A stretch of DNA of 64,000 nt from Clostridium sp. (GCA_022010015.1 CP091735.1:739004-803003), one strand, 5' to 3'. Counted from the stretch's first letter, positions 1-12,627 are shown. A program made the numbers and translations. The notes: a model not told the origin generated them from the sequence alone.

Positions 1-548
1 TTGGAACAGGTGCATTGATTGGTCCGAACATGTTATTAACAGCTTCTCATTGTGTATATTCAACAGAATTAGGTTGGTCAACTGTAGTTCGTGCTTATCC
101 GGCATATAGGAATGGAAGTAGTAAATATAGTTATGCATCATCAATTGCTGCAGTTATAGGAGTTTATTATAATACGAGTGATTCTAATGATGACTGGGCT
201 ATAATAAAACTTGATTCTAACATAGGTAATGAAGTTGGCTATTATGGATTAGAAGTTGCAGAAATTGAAACGGGAACTGAATTAAAAAATGTTGCGTATA
301 ATGGTACTACAGGATTGATGTCAGAAACACTTGGCCAAGTATATATTGCTGAAACATACAAGTTCTTTCATAGAATAGATGCTATAGCTGGTTCAAGCGG
401 TTCGCCAATTTTTAAGGGAAATTCAATGAACATAACTGGTATTCATAGTGCTGGAATTCATGAAGATAATATGGATTATAATATTGCGTGTAGAGTATCA
501 AAATATTTAGTCAATGACTGGGAAAGGTTATATAAAGAATGGAATTAA
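1..548 (+). CDS. Trypsin-like S1 serine protease (V8/glutamyl-endopeptidase-like), 5' end outside window
   Basis: Frame is open to the left edge (GTGALIGPNMLLTASHC...). Catalytic-triad contexts LLTASHC (His), DDWAIIKLD (Asp) and GSSGSPIF (Ser). Stop at 546-548. Confidence 0.85.
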   Translation, partial: GTGALIGPNMLLTASHCVYSTELGWSTVVRAYPAYRNGSSKYSYASSIAAVIGVYYNTSDSNDDWAIIKLDSNIGNEVGYYGLEVAEIETGTELKNVAYNGTTGLMSETLGQVYIAETYKFFHRIDAIAGSSGSPIFKGNSMNITGIHSAGIHEDNMDYNIACRVSKYLVNDWERLYKEWN

Positions 549-884
549 GAAAGATTTTTAAGTAGTTTTTTTAGTAATTTTTTTAGTTTATTTTTTTCTA
601 TTTTTCATGTGGTGGCTCTAAGAATGAAAGTAAATCATTAGAGTATTACAAAAAGTCATTCTGTGGAGTTTGTTTATTCAGCAAGCTCAGAATATCATTA
701 TTACAATAAGGAAAGTAAGGAACCTGCTTCTATAGAGACTTCAAAGGCCTTAATCTATAAAAATGAAAACAAGCTTGAGGCTTTACCAGAGCTTAGTGAT
801 GAAGACATTATTAATGTCTATTATGAGGTAATATTATATACTTATCCCCTTACTATAAAGGCAATGTACATATTTATTGAATAA
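539..884 (+). CDS. Putative lipoprotein (frameshift-fragmented)
   Basis: ATG 539 overlaps the protease stop. After joining frames across T-runs at 565-610 it reads MELRKIFK..VFLVIFLVYFFLFFSCGGSKNES (signal peptide plus lipobox Cys). It continues into track ORF 663-884. Confidence 0.4.
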
Positions 885-1052
885 GTTTATTTATTAAAGC
901 GAAGGATAGATTGTCTTTCGTTTTTTTATGCTTTAAAAAAATAAAAAAATAATTGAAAATGCTAAATAAATATTTTTATAATTAATTATAGAAAAAAATG
1001 TTGCAATATGTCGAGGGATTAGTTAATGTATTATTTTTGATTTTTGATTTAG

Positions 1053-2183
1053 ATGAATATTTATATAATCACAAATATCTATTTTTCATATGTTAAGGCT
1101 TATTTGAAGAAAAAAACAATATTTTTAAAATCTGATTTTTGTGAAAAAAAGCTACAAATGAGCTATTCTAATTATTGTCAGCTTGAAGGAAGAAATAGTC
1201 ATTTAAAGGATGAACATGTTAATAATATTTGTAGAGAAATGAATGTAAAGAGAATTGATGCATTTAAGCTTAAGGAATATTCAGCAACAATTAGTAGAAT
1301 TTATACAAAAAAATCTATTTTTAAGAAGAAAAAAATGATATTGATTTTTGAAATAAAGCTTCTAGATGATTATATTTTTAGATAATAATATCTTAGCACC
1401 TATTTTTTTGAATTATTTAAGCTTATTATTAATATTGTCTTTGATAATAATTCTATTAAGCGTCAAAGAGAGCTTTATTATCAAAAAAATATCAAGAATT
1501 AAAAATGCTTTGAGGATGTTTTTTCTGATGCTATTGAAACAGTTTTTATTATGGCAGCCTGTAAAATAGAGCCAAGCTCAAAGCTTGATTTTAATCGTAT
1601 TGAAATAGCGGTAACTAGATTTACGCCTATTAAGGCTTTAGTTTATCACTTTATAGGTTCAATGTATTATTATGAACAAAATTATGGTAAGGCTTTATTA
1701 TATGAGCTTGCTGTTCAAAAGGATTTTCAAAATAATTATAATCCTGTTAGACTTATGGATACAACTAATTGCTTGCTTTGTATTTATAATGCTACAGGTG
1801 AATATTTATTAGTTTATGATACTATTAAACCTTTAATTGGCTATATATTTTTATGGATCTTCATCACCAGGTGAGGTCACTGCCTTAAAAATATAATTTT
1901 TTTATTTTTTTCATTATTTTTTTATGAGAATGGATGATGAATTAATGAAATATATTAAAGGTGATAAGCTTGATAATGTGGATATTACCTTTTTAATCTT
2001 TAAATATGCTAAGGATAATGATGAGAAAAAAACATTTCTAATCTTGCAAAGTGTATAAATAAAGAAAATTTTGACAATTATGCAATTTTAGATTTCTTTT
2101 TTTGAATTATAAAAACAAAATCTGAGGAAGATATAAACAAATTTATAGATGAAATTCCTGATCAATTAAATCGAAAAAAATAA
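1053..2183 (+). CDS. XRE-type HTH regulator with TPR-like C-terminal domain (RRNPP/Rgg-like), frameshift-fragmented
   Basis: N-terminus FSYVKAYLKKK..LKSDFCEKKLQMSYSNYCQLEGRNSHLKDEHVNNICREMNV fits the XRE HTH pattern. The C-terminal part (IGSMYYYEQNYGKALLYE...) is TPR-like. Track ORFs 1053, 1366 and 1551 join across A/T runs. Confidence 0.5.
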
Positions 2184-2232
2184 TAACCGCCATTATTAGG
2201 AAAGACCTTACTTACAATGGATAATTTAAGAT

Positions 2233-3386
2233 TTGATTTATCAAAAATATGTAACAAATCATAAATTTTTTTATTTTTCATACGTTAAGGTTTATTTGCT
2301 TGATAATAATTTGCTGAAGGCGGAATTTGTTAAAAAAAATTGGGAATTAGTTTATCATATTTTTTTGTTATTTAGAACAAAAAAACAACAACCACTTGAA
2401 AATAAAATGGCTGATTTGATAATAAAGAATATCAAACTAAATAAGCTTAAATTAACTAAAATAAAGGAATATGAGGCTACGCTTTTTAGGATTTATAATA
2501 TGGTGTTTTTATAAAAAAATAGTAATAATATAGTTCTTGAGCAGGAAAAAGCTAATAACTTATAGAGATGAAAATACTATTTTTAAGTCCGATTTTTTTG
2601 AATTAATGTGGCTTGTTACAAAAAAATTGTCTTTAATTCTTATTATGTTTTTAGAAAATAAAAAAATATTATAATGCTATATTTAAAAAAACTAAAGAAA
2701 TATAAATTCTTGTTTGTTGATGAAATAGAGGTTTTATATAAGATTGCCTTGTGTCGTTTTTGAGGTAAGTAAAAAAATATTGATTTAACAAAAAAATAGA
2801 TGATTTGTGTTATAAATATCCTGTTGTTGCACCATTGCTTCATCATTTTATAGCTTCCTTGTTTTATTTTAATGGGGAATTTAATAAGGCTTTAATTTAT
2901 GAAGAAAAGGTGGAGCTTGAATATAAAAGAATATATAATCCAATAAGACAAAGTGACACAATATGTGTTAAGGTATGTATCTATAATGAAATTGCTGAAT
3001 ATAATTTAGCTTATGAAACCTGTTATCCCTTAATCAGCTATATAATATATGGTGGTAGTGACTACACGGATTTAAAGGTTTTTAAAGAAGAATTTCTATA
3101 ATACCCTAATGCTTATGAAAAAAAATATGATGAACCACAATTATATTTAAGTATGCTAAGTAAATTTGATAATGTAGATATTGTTTATCAAATTTTATTA
3201 TTAGGTCATAATAATGAGCTAGAGGAATTATTAAAATATCAAGATTTATATAAGGATGATGATTACTTAAGTAAGCTTATTTATGTTGCGATTAATTACA
3301 AAAAAATGACAAGAGCTAGTTATAACCAGTTTATTAATGAAAATGCTGAACAATTGTTTCAAAAAAATCATCAGACAAGTAATTAA
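2233..3386 (+). CDS. Second XRE-HTH/TPR-like regulator, paralog of 1053-2183
   Basis: Shares FSYVK(A/V)YL, (L/I)KEY(S/E)AT(I/L)(S/F)RIY and H(F/H)I(G/A)S(M/L)(Y/F)Y..(N/E)..KAL(L/I)YE blocks with the upstream gene. Same strand, tandem. The start codon is uncertain (TTG in the track). Confidence 0.5.
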
Positions 3387-3431
3387 TAAATAAAAAAACT
3401 TGAAAAATTAACAAATAAAAAAATTTTAATC

Positions 3432-3471
3432 AGAATTTAGAGCTATAGATTGCTTTTAAATTCTTTTTTTA
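3432..3471 (+). terminator. Intrinsic terminator after the second regulator
   Basis: 8-bp stem AGAATTTA (3432-3439) / TAAATTCT (3457-3464), followed by a T-run at 3464-3470. Confidence 0.6.
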
Positions 3472-3787
3472 TTTAGGAAGAAAAAAAGAATTGTTATATG
3501 CTTATCTAGTATAAAAAAATAATTTTAATGTCTTTTTTTATAATGAAATTAGGATTGAAAAAAATAAGAGCTTATATTTGTTCAAATAGGTATTTTTTTG
3601 GTTACTGAAAATGATTGAAAGATTGTGTTTTTTTAAGCTCAAAACACTAAAAAAATCGTTATTGGAAAAAAATAAAAATTTTTTTGTCTTCAAAAAGGGC
3701 CAATCTCCAGTTTGAAACTGGAGGTTAGCGCTTACAGTGACACCCAAAAAGTACCAAATCTACAGTTTTGCATTTTTTTACCATTTT

Positions 3788-3815
3788 TTGACAAATTTTT
3801 ATTTTTGAGTACAAT
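3788..3815 (+). promoter_or_regulatory. Orphan sigma-A-like promoter in a gene-free gap
   Basis: TTGACA (3788-3793), 16-nt spacer, TACAAT (3810-3815). No ORF follows. AT-rich background makes chance matches likely. Confidence 0.3.
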
Positions 3816-4223
3816 TATATGTGTTAAAGGGTGATAAAAGTAATTGTGGCATTTTTAAATAATATTTGGTGTTAGAAAGTTATAAAAATTGGACTTTAAA
3901 TTAAAGGGCAAATAATTTATTGGACAATACTTTTTTTGGTTAATTGGGTTTTTATTATATATGTGGCCAATAAATAATAAAATTTATAAACATTTTTCAC
4001 ACTTTTTATCGAAGATAATTTTTACATTTAACTAAAAAAAGAATAACAAAAACATAAAAGAGTATTTTTATTTGTGGTGGTGTGGTCGCATTTTACATTT
4101 TTTTGGATAGGGAAATACTAAATTCTAAATTTTTTTCATATAGCATAGTTTTTTTATTATGCTGCATCAAGGATTCAAAGTGGGTGAATCCTTTTTTTGT
4201 TTGACAAAATTTTTAATTATGCT

Positions 4224-4252
4224 TTGCTATAATATTGTTTTTGTGGTATAAT
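4224..4252 (+). promoter_or_regulatory. Candidate mfd promoter
   Basis: TTGCTA (4224-4229), 17-nt spacer, TGgTATAAT extended -10 (4244-4252). It lies 25 nt upstream of the GGAG RBS and GTG start at 4277. Confidence 0.4.
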
Positions 4253-4276
4253 TTTTTTGAGAATGGAGTGATTTAG

Positions 4277-7200
4277 GTGCTAGATGAATATCTATTGAAA
4301 CTAAGTGGCTTTTAAGGAAATAATAGTGCGAGATCAATTAAAAAAATTTCGGGATCTAATTTTTTTCTTCTAATATAATGCTTTTTAGCTTTAGACTTTT
4401 ATGCAAATGATAAAAAGTCTTTTTTTGTAGTTTTACCAGATTTATATGAAGCTCAAAAAAATATTATGATGAGCTAATAAATATAGTTGATGAAAATGAT
4501 GTTTTATTTTATCCTGCTGATGAGTTATTAACTGTTGAAATGATTTCATCAACGGGTGATTTTTAAATATGAAAGAATTCATACTATTGTTGAATTAATT
4601 AATTCAAACAAGAAAAAAATAGTTGTTACGCATACTAATGGTGCGATTAAATATCAATTCTCAAAACAAAAAAATGGATGGATTCTATTTTTTTACTATT
4701 AGTAAGAATGATACCTTTGATATGAATGCCTTGGCAAAAAAATTAGTTGCTTTAGGCTATGAGCCATCATTTCAAACTATTAAAACTGGACAGTTTTCTA
4801 AGCGTGGTAGTATTATTGATATTTTCCCACTTGGGGTTAATGAACCAGTAAGAATTGATTTTTTTGATGATCAGGTTGATACTATTAAAGCCTATGATAT
4901 TGATACACAAAGAAGTATTAAAGAGGTAGATAGTATCTTTATTTATCCGGTTACAGAAATGATTTATTACGATACTGAGGTTATGCTTGCTACCTCTAAG
5001 TTTAATTCATTTATGGCATCAAAAAAATTAAGTGACATTGAAGAGGATAAATACAATAAGGATATTATAGCTATTAAGGAGCATAATAATATTGATATGC
5101 TTATTCGCTATATAAGATTTTTTTGAAAATGAACCAATTACTATTTTTTTGATTTTTGTAGAGAATAAAACTATTTATAGCATCGATTATCCTAAGATTA
5201 AGGAAATTTACGATAAGGTATTTTTTTAGATTTATCAGAATATTGTAAAGGGCAAAATGGTTATTCGCTTTTTAGATTTGAATTATTATTCAGATACTAA
5301 ATTTTTTTAATGAATTATAAAATAATAGAAGGCTTAAGAAGTATTGGCGAAACAGATGTTAAGCTAAAAAAACTAAAGAAATAACACCAATGGGTGGAAA
5401 TATTAGAGCAATTATGGATTACTTTAATAAAAAAATATTGGTGTTTGTAGTATTATTTGCTTTATTAAAAAAATGAAAACTTGCTTAAGAATTTAGTTGA
5501 GGAGTTATTTGAATATCATTTACCCTATAGCTACTCTGATATAAAAAAAATACACAGATAAATATAATTAAAAAAATGGCTATTATCCTTCGTATGAGGA
5601 TGTTTTTAGATAATGTTATTTTTTTATAAATGAACAAACACTGTTTTTCTTCAATTTTAAAGCCTAAAAAGAAGGTTAGATATAAATCAATTTATCAGGG
5701 TGCAACTAAGATTAGTCGTTATGATGAATTAAAAATAGGAGATTATGTAGTTCATTATGATTATGGTATTGGTAAATATTTAGGCATAAAAAAACTATGG
5801 ATATTGATGGCCTTAAACGAGATTATTTGCAGGTAATGTATAATAAAAAAATGATTCATTATATATTCCTATTGAGCAAGTAAAGGATATTATGAAATAT
5901 GCCTCAGGTGATGTTTTAAATGTTTCTTTATCAACTATTGGTGGTACAGAATGGGCTAAAACTAAGGCCAAGGTTAAAAAACGTGTTCATGATATTTCTG
6001 ATAAACTAATTGCTCTATATGCAAAAAGAATGGAATCATCTGGCTATTCTTTTATGCCTGATGGAGAAATGCAGCATCAATTTGAGGCTGGCTTCCCTTA
6101 TGAGCTAACGGCTGATCAAAGAGTGGCAATTGATGATATTAAACGAGATATGGAAAGTAAAAAGCCAATGGATCGTTTAGTATGTGGTGATGTAGGGTAT
6201 GGTAAAACTGAGGTTGCTTTAAGAGCCGCCTTTAAGGCTGCCTATGAAGGTAAGCAGGTTGCGGTTTTGGCTCCTACCACTATTTTATCAAGACAGCATT
6301 ATTATACTTTTAAAGAACGTATGGAAGCATTTGGTATTAGGGTTGAACTTTTAAACCGCTTTGTTAGTGTTAAAAATCAAAATCAAATTATTAAGGATCT
6401 TGCAAATGGTAGCATTGATGTAATAGTTGGAACTCATAAAATTTTATCAAATGATATTAAATTTAAGGACTTAGGCTTATTAATAATTGATGAGGAACAA
6501 AGATTTGGTGTTACTCACAAGGAAAGAATTAAGGAGCTTAAGGTTAATGTTGATACAATTACCCTATCTGCAACGCCTATTCCAAGAACACTTCAAATGT
6601 CTATTGCTGGAATAAAGGATCTATCAATGATTGAAACGCCTCCAAAGAATAGATATCCAATTCAAACCTATGTTTTAGAAAGAAATGACACTATTATTAA
6701 GGATGCAATTGAGCGTGAGCTTGCAAGAGGTGGTCAGGTCTTCTATTTATATAATTATGTAGATAGTATTGAGGAGGTTAGAGATCATTTAAAAGCTCTT
6801 GTCCCTAATGCGAGAATTTGTATTGGTCATGGTAAGCTTAAAAAGGATGCCTTAGAGGATGTTATTTGTAGCTTTATCGATAAGGAATATGATATTTTAT
6901 TATGTACTACTATAATTGAAACAGGAATTGATATGCCTGATACCAATACCTTAATAATTCATGATGCGGATCATTTAGGCCTTTCGCAGCTTTATCAGAT
7001 TAGAGGTAGAGTTGGTCGTAGTAATAAGATAGCCTATGCATACCTAATGTATGAGCCAACTCGCATTTTAACGCCTCAGGCTGAAAAACGTCTTGAAACT
7101 ATTAAGGAATTTAATGAACTTGGTAGTGGCTTTAAGATAGCAATGCGAGATTTATCAATAAGAGGTGCAGGCGATCTTCTTGGCGAGGAGCAATCTGGCT

Positions 7201-7729
7201 TTGTTGAATCTGTTGGTATTGATGTTTATATGAAGATTTTGGAAGAAGAAATCGAAAGTAAGAAGCTTGGCACTAAGGCTATAGATGATACAATTCAAAA
7301 AGCCTATAAGAAAGCCGCTCGCTTCTCGTAGTATTTCTAAGGATTATATTAGCTCTGAGGATGTAAGAATAGAAATTCATAAGAAAATTGATAGTCTTAC
7401 AAGTCTTGATGAACTTCACAGCTTAGAAAGAGAGCTAATTGACCGCTTTGGTAAATTTGATTTAGAGCTTGCAACCTATATGCATGAAAAGCTAATGCAA
7501 AACTATTTTGACAAGCTTCATATTTATAAATCTATCTTCCAAAAATAAATATTTTTTTGTTATGTATATGGATAAGGATTATGTTAAAAATATCGATGGT
7601 GTTAAGATTTTTAAGGCAGCCTTTGATGTTTCAAAGGATATAGTTTTAAATTATCAAAATCAAGAAATTGTTATTTCTATTGATACCTCTAAATATAAGA
7701 CTAAACGTGATTATTTTTATTATTTTTAA
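4277..7729 (+). CDS. mfd: Transcription-repair coupling factor Mfd (fragmented by many homopolymer frameshifts)
   Basis: The intact central ORF 5892-7331 carries SF2 helicase motifs (GDVGYGKTEVA, IIDEEQRFG, LSATPIPRT, QLYQIRGRVGRS). Upstream pieces carry the UvrB-homology and RNAP-interaction region (IGDYVVHYDYGIGKYLGI). Downstream pieces 7285-7729 form the C-terminal domain. Confidence 0.9.
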
Positions 7730-7804
7730 ATAAATTCTTCAATGAAATTACAAAAAAACGCATAAATATTTAGAATATAAGAGATAATATTTGTGGTGAT
7801 TTTT

Positions 7805-8314
7805 ATGAAGCATACAGGTATTATTAGAAGAATAGATGAGCTTGGTAGAATAGTTATTCCTAAGGAGATTCGTAAAAGATTAGGAATAGATAATGGTGAT
7901 TTAGTGGATATATTTGCTTATGAGGAGCAAATTGTCCTAACTAAATTTCATCCCTTAAATGAGGTTATTAATTCTATAACCTTATTTACTAAAAGCATTA
8001 AGAGATTTATATCAGGTTGATTATTTAATAGTAGATAAGGAAGAGGTAGTTGCCTCTAATATCACAGAGGTAATTGGTAAGAAAAATCAGCAATGATTTC
8101 TTTTCCAAAATTAAAAGATTTTTGTTGGTGTAGAGGTTAAATTATCGATGCTTAATCTAAAAAAATAATGGATTTGGCTTATGATATTTATGCCTTACCT
8201 ATTATTAAAGATTCAGATTTTTTTGGTTATGCTATTGTTATTGATAAAATGATTAGTAAATCTCATAAGGATTTCTGTTTGATACTTGCAAATTATATAA
8301 AAGAATTATTATAA
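7805..8314 (+). CDS. spoVT: Stage V sporulation protein T (AbrB-type swapped-hairpin N-domain plus C-terminal GAF-like domain), frameshifted
   Basis: MKHTGIIRRIDELGRIVIPKEIRKRLGI is the AbrB/SpoVT signature. Reconstructed length is about 170 aa. It sits immediately downstream of mfd, as in Bacilli and Clostridia. Confidence 0.85.
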
Positions 8315-8372
8315 AAAGAGAGAAATCTCTTTTTCTTTTTCTCTCGTGATAAAATTTAATTGGTGGTAACTA

Positions 8373-9453
8373 TGAATAATAAGAAGCTTGATTTTTATAA
8401 AAGATGAAAGACAATTAGAATTAATTAAAAAAATATTATGATGTTGATATTGATAATAAAATAATAAATATTACTCTTCATTATGATAAGGTTAGTGATA
8501 TTTTTAGATGTTACAGCCTCAAATAAAAAAAGTCCTTTGTTTTTACATGAGCCTCTTGAAAAAATTAATGATTTAATTAGTAATGCTCCTTTTGATTATA
8601 AGCTTGCAATTAATTTTGAAATAGATGATTATGAGGGCTATGATCCTAAAAATATTATTAGTTCATTTAATGATACCTTAGAGCTATCACAATATGCAGC
8701 TAGAAAGCATCGTCAGTTTAAGCAGCTATTATCTGCTACTTTGGTATTAATAGGAGTTTTATTATTGCTTTTTTTATGGTTGTTTCTAAAAAAATCTTAT
8801 GTGGTTTGGTAATGGTATTAAAGCTGAAATTATTAATGAGGTTATTAATATTACGGCTTGGGTATTTGTATGGGAGGCTGTTACCCTATTATTTTTTTAG
8901 AGCATTCTGAGGAGGTTAAATTTGCTTTAAAAATTAGAAGAGGTGTTTTGCAAATAGCTATGTATAAGACAGGTGAGGAAGAGCCAATTGCTAAAGAAAA
9001 GGCCTTAGATATTTTTGGTAAGTGGGAAAATGAGGATAATTTACGAGTAGCAGGTAAATATTTCTTACTTATTTCTAGTATGGCTTTTTATATTTTTATG
9101 GCATTCTATAATGTTTTTTTACCTTTGCCTCTAATTTGAAATATATGGAAACTAATAAAATTGGTTTATTTATTTTTTTATTACAATGAGTATAGTAATT
9201 ACCTCTATTTGTGCAGGAATTGGGGGACTTGCAATTTATGTAGGAAAGAAAAAAATCTCGTTTTTTTCAAGGCTTGCTAAGCTTTTTAAGCTTCTTATTT
9301 TTTTATTTTTTTATAATTTGTATTTTTAGCAGTATCTATTGCTTTAGGAAATATGGAAATTATTATTTCTATATCGACTACTTTGCTAATTAATATTTGC
9401 TATTGTATTGCTGTCTATATTGAAAAAAAGAATAAATTGCTTGTAAATAATTA
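8373..9453 (+). CDS. Hypothetical multi-pass membrane protein (fragmented)
   Basis: Track ORFs 8483-8812 and 8858-9139 plus flanking pieces join into one frame-shifted reading. Several hydrophobic helices (LLSATLVLIGVLLLLFLWLFL, YFLLISSMAFYIFMAFY). No family recognised. Confidence 0.35.
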
Positions 9454-9510
9454 ATCTTATGATATAATTTATATGTTTTTGTAAAGAAGTATTCTTTTTG
9501 AGGTTATGAT

Positions 9511-10910
9511 ATGCAAAAATCATCGGAAATTGATTTAACTAAGGGTAATTTATTTTGGAAGATGCCTAAATTTGTTTTGCCATTGATGATGACAACAATT
9601 TTTCAATTATTATACACAACAGTAGATTTATGGGCTGTATCTAATTATGGTGATGGTTCATCTTCAATGTCAGCAGTTGGTTCAAATTCAGCACTTATTA
9701 ATTTAATAATTACCGTTTTGGTATCTTTAGCTACTGGTGCAAATGTTTGCATTTCAATGGCCAAGGGTGCAAATGATCAGCCAAGAGCTAATAGAATTTT
9801 ACATACAGCTCTTATTGTAGCCTTTATAGGTGGTATTTTTGTAGGAATTTTTGGATTTTTTTTATCACCAGTTTTATTAAAGCTAATGGATACTCCGGAA
9901 TTTATTTATGCTAAAGCAACTATCTATTTAAGAATATATTTTCTTGGTGTACCACTATTAATGATTTATAATTATGGCTCACAAATGCTAAGAGCCCTTG
10001 GTGATTCTAAACGACCATTATTTATTTTAGTTATATCTGGTATATTTAATGTAGCTTGTGATTTATTATTTGTAATTTGCTTTCATATGGATGTAGCAGG
10101 TGTAGGTTATGCAACTGTAATAAGTGAAGGTATTGCCGCAGTTTTAACAATTGGTTGGTTTATAATTAATAAAAAAATGGCTTTTGTAAAATTAAAAGCT
10201 TAAGGAGCTTAAAGTTAGTAAAAAGAGAGCTACTTGATATTCTAAAAAAATAGGTATTCCTGCGGGAATTCAGGGTCTTGCCTTTTTGTATTCCTAATGT
10301 TTTAATTCAATCATCATTATATTCTATTAAGGAATATACAATTGATGGTGTTAAAATAAGTGTTGATGAAATAGTAACTGGTGCTTCAGCTTCATCACAA
10401 ATTGAAGGCTATGTATTTGCGATGCTTGATGCCTTTGCGGTTGGTCTTATATCATTTACTGGTCAAAATTATGGTGCTGGTAAAAAGGATAATATGCGTA
10501 AATGCTATTGGTTTGCGGTTAGTTGGATGATGATATTTTGGTTTGTTGCCTCAATAATTTGCTTTGCTATACCTAAGCAGCTTTTAGGAATTTTTATTAC
10601 AGAAACTGAGAAAATAAATGTTGCTAATGCTATTGCAGCTGGTAGAGAAAGACTTTATTTAATGGTATTTACTTATTTCTTAGATGGTTGGATGGGCATA
10701 AATAGTGATTATTTAAGAGGTATGAAGCGTTCTACACCACCAGCAATTATAACAATGATTGGTTGCTCTGGTACTCGTATTTTTATTCTTATTAACGTTA
10801 TTTAAAAACTCCTACCTTCCATACTATATTCTGGTTATATGCAGCATTCCCAATTAGCTGGATTTTTAGTTAATTTAGTATATATTCCAATTATTTTTAA
10901 TATATGAGCA
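9511..10910 (+). CDS. MATE family efflux transporter (frameshifted)
   Basis: Typical MATE N-terminus (GNLFWKMPKFVLPLMMTTIFQLLYTTVDLWAV) and 12-TM-like hydrophobic profile across track ORFs 9511-10203 and 10278-10805. The 3' end is approximate. Confidence 0.8.
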
Positions 10911-11017
10911 TAAAACCTTTAATTCTTTAAAGCAAGTCGAACTTATTTGATTTGCTTTTTTTCCTTTTACAATAAAATTAAATTATTGTATAATAGGCTA
11001 TAAAGGAAGGGAAAAGT

Positions 11018-11313
11018 ATGTATATTAATATTATTGTAATTATTTATGTAGCAATTTTAATAATTTCCTCACTTATTAGCCTTTATCTTTATAAGAGGGA
11101 TAAAAAAAGCTAGCTGAAGGAGGAAATATGCGTATTAAGGAAAAGAATTTACTTATGTGCTCTTGCTTTGGTGGTGCTATTGGTTCTTTAATTGGCCGAA
11201 TTATTTTCCATCATAAAACAGATAAGAAATATTTTTTTCATTAGTTATTTATTTTTAGTCTTTTTAATGGAAATAATAGCTGGTGGCATTATTATTTATA
11301 TGGTGGTGAGATA
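11018..11313 (+). CDS. DUF1294-like small membrane protein (frameshifted)
   Basis: RIKEKNLLMCSCFGGAIGSLIGRIIFHHKTDKKYF matches the DUF1294 core pattern (R.pE..L......GG..G.......rHKt.k..F). Confidence 0.55.
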
Positions 11314-11526
11314 ATGAATAACGAAAGCCTAAAGAAATCCCACTCAAAGTGGTCTAATTTTAAATTAACAATAATTATCTTATTATGCTCATTATTCTTT
11401 AGCGGACTATTTATAATACTTGCGCTAAAGGAAGTACTAAATAATAATATATTTATTATTCTTTTAGTATGTGATGCTATATTGTTGATGTTTACTATAT
11501 TATTAATTAATAAATTTAAGAGGTGA
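11314..11526 (+). CDS. Small 2-TM membrane protein
   Basis: Intact 70-aa ORF. Its ATG overlaps the upstream stop. Two hydrophobic helices. No family recognised. Confidence 0.4.
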   Translation: MNNESLKKSHSKWSNFKLTIIILLCSLFFSGLFIILALKEVLNNNIFIILLVCDAILLMFTILLINKFKR

Positions 11527-11533
11527 AAAAAAT

Positions 11534-12543
11534 ATGAAGCATGAATTTTTTTAAAGGAAATTGTTGAAACCTATTCGCCATCAGGCTATGAGGACGAATT
11601 ACAAAAAAAGCTATATAATCATTATAAGGAATGGTGTAATACCTTTAAAACTGATAATAGAGGGGCAATGACTGCTATTTATAACGAAAAAGGTGATTTT
11701 AAGGTAATGCTAATAGCTCACGCTGATGAAATTAGCTTGGTTGTTAATGGCTATAATAGTGATGGTAGCCTTAGGGTTGATAAAAATGGAGGAATTAGAA
11801 CTAAGCTTTATGTTGGTCAAAGAGTAGTCGTAATATCTGGCGCTGACAAATATTATGGAATTATGGGTACTAATGGTTCAATGCAAAAGGCTAGTGATTT
11901 GGGCGTTGATTCTTTATTTGTAGATTGTGGTTTTAAGGATATGGCTGATGCTAAGGCTCATATTAAGCTTGGTGCCTATGTTATTCATACTGCAGGCTAT
12001 CAGGAGCTGCAAAATGATATGGTCTGTGCTAGAGCATTTGATGATCGTCTTGGTGATTATATTATTCATGAGGCGGCTTTAAAGGCTTACCAAAATGGCT
12101 GTAGCTCTCAAATTATGGTAACTACCTCAACTGGTGAGGAAACCACAGGACGAGGAGCATATTCAGCTGCAAGTATCTTAAAGCCGGATGCTGTAATAGT
12201 TGTTGATGTAACATTTAGCAATGATTATAAGGGTGCTGATAATGAAAATGACGTTATTCTTGGCAATGGTGGTGTTATTTGTGAGGGTAGCGTTCCAAAC
12301 CGCAAATTAAATCAAATGCTAAAGGATTGTGCTTTAGAATTACAGCTTCCTATTCAATATGAGGTATGGCAGGGAAGAACTGGTACTGATGGTGATACTA
12401 TTTTAAGAACTAATGAGGATACACCTATTGTGTTATTTTCAATTCCTCTTCGTTATATGCATTCTCCTGTTGAGATTGCTTCCTTAAAGGATGTTGAATC
12501 AATGATTGATATCATATCTTTATTATTACAAAAAGCTAAATAA
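11534..12543 (+). CDS. M42 family metallopeptidase (glutamyl aminopeptidase / FrvX-like)
   Basis: The N-terminus MKHEFF.KEIVETYSPSGYEDEL joins, after one T-run shift, to ORF 11668-12543. That ORF carries LIAHADEISLVV, FDDRLGD and GEETTGRGA motifs typical of M42. Confidence 0.85.
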
Positions 12544-12582
12544 GGATGTTGACCTAAAGCCATTTAAATTAAACTAATTTTG

Positions 12583-12627
12583 ATATCTCTAATGTAGAAT
12601 TAATTTATGTTAGAGATATTTTTTTAT
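12583..12627 (+). terminator. Intrinsic terminator after the M42 gene
   Basis: Stem ATATCTCTAA (12583-12592) / TTAGAGATAT (12610-12619), followed by a T-run. Confidence 0.75.

Noticed and set aside
3538-3747. Track ORF (69 aa, - strand)
   Set aside because: It is a low-complexity K/F/L-rich translation of AT-rich spacer, with no RBS and no homolog pattern.
3700-3760. A tRNA-like element: the stem-loop TCCAG-TTTGAAA-CTGGA could be an anticodon arm (UGA on the + strand, UCA on the - strand)
   Set aside because: No acceptor stem, D-arm or T-arm (GTTCRANYC-type) can be drawn around it on either strand. At best it is an isolated hairpin.
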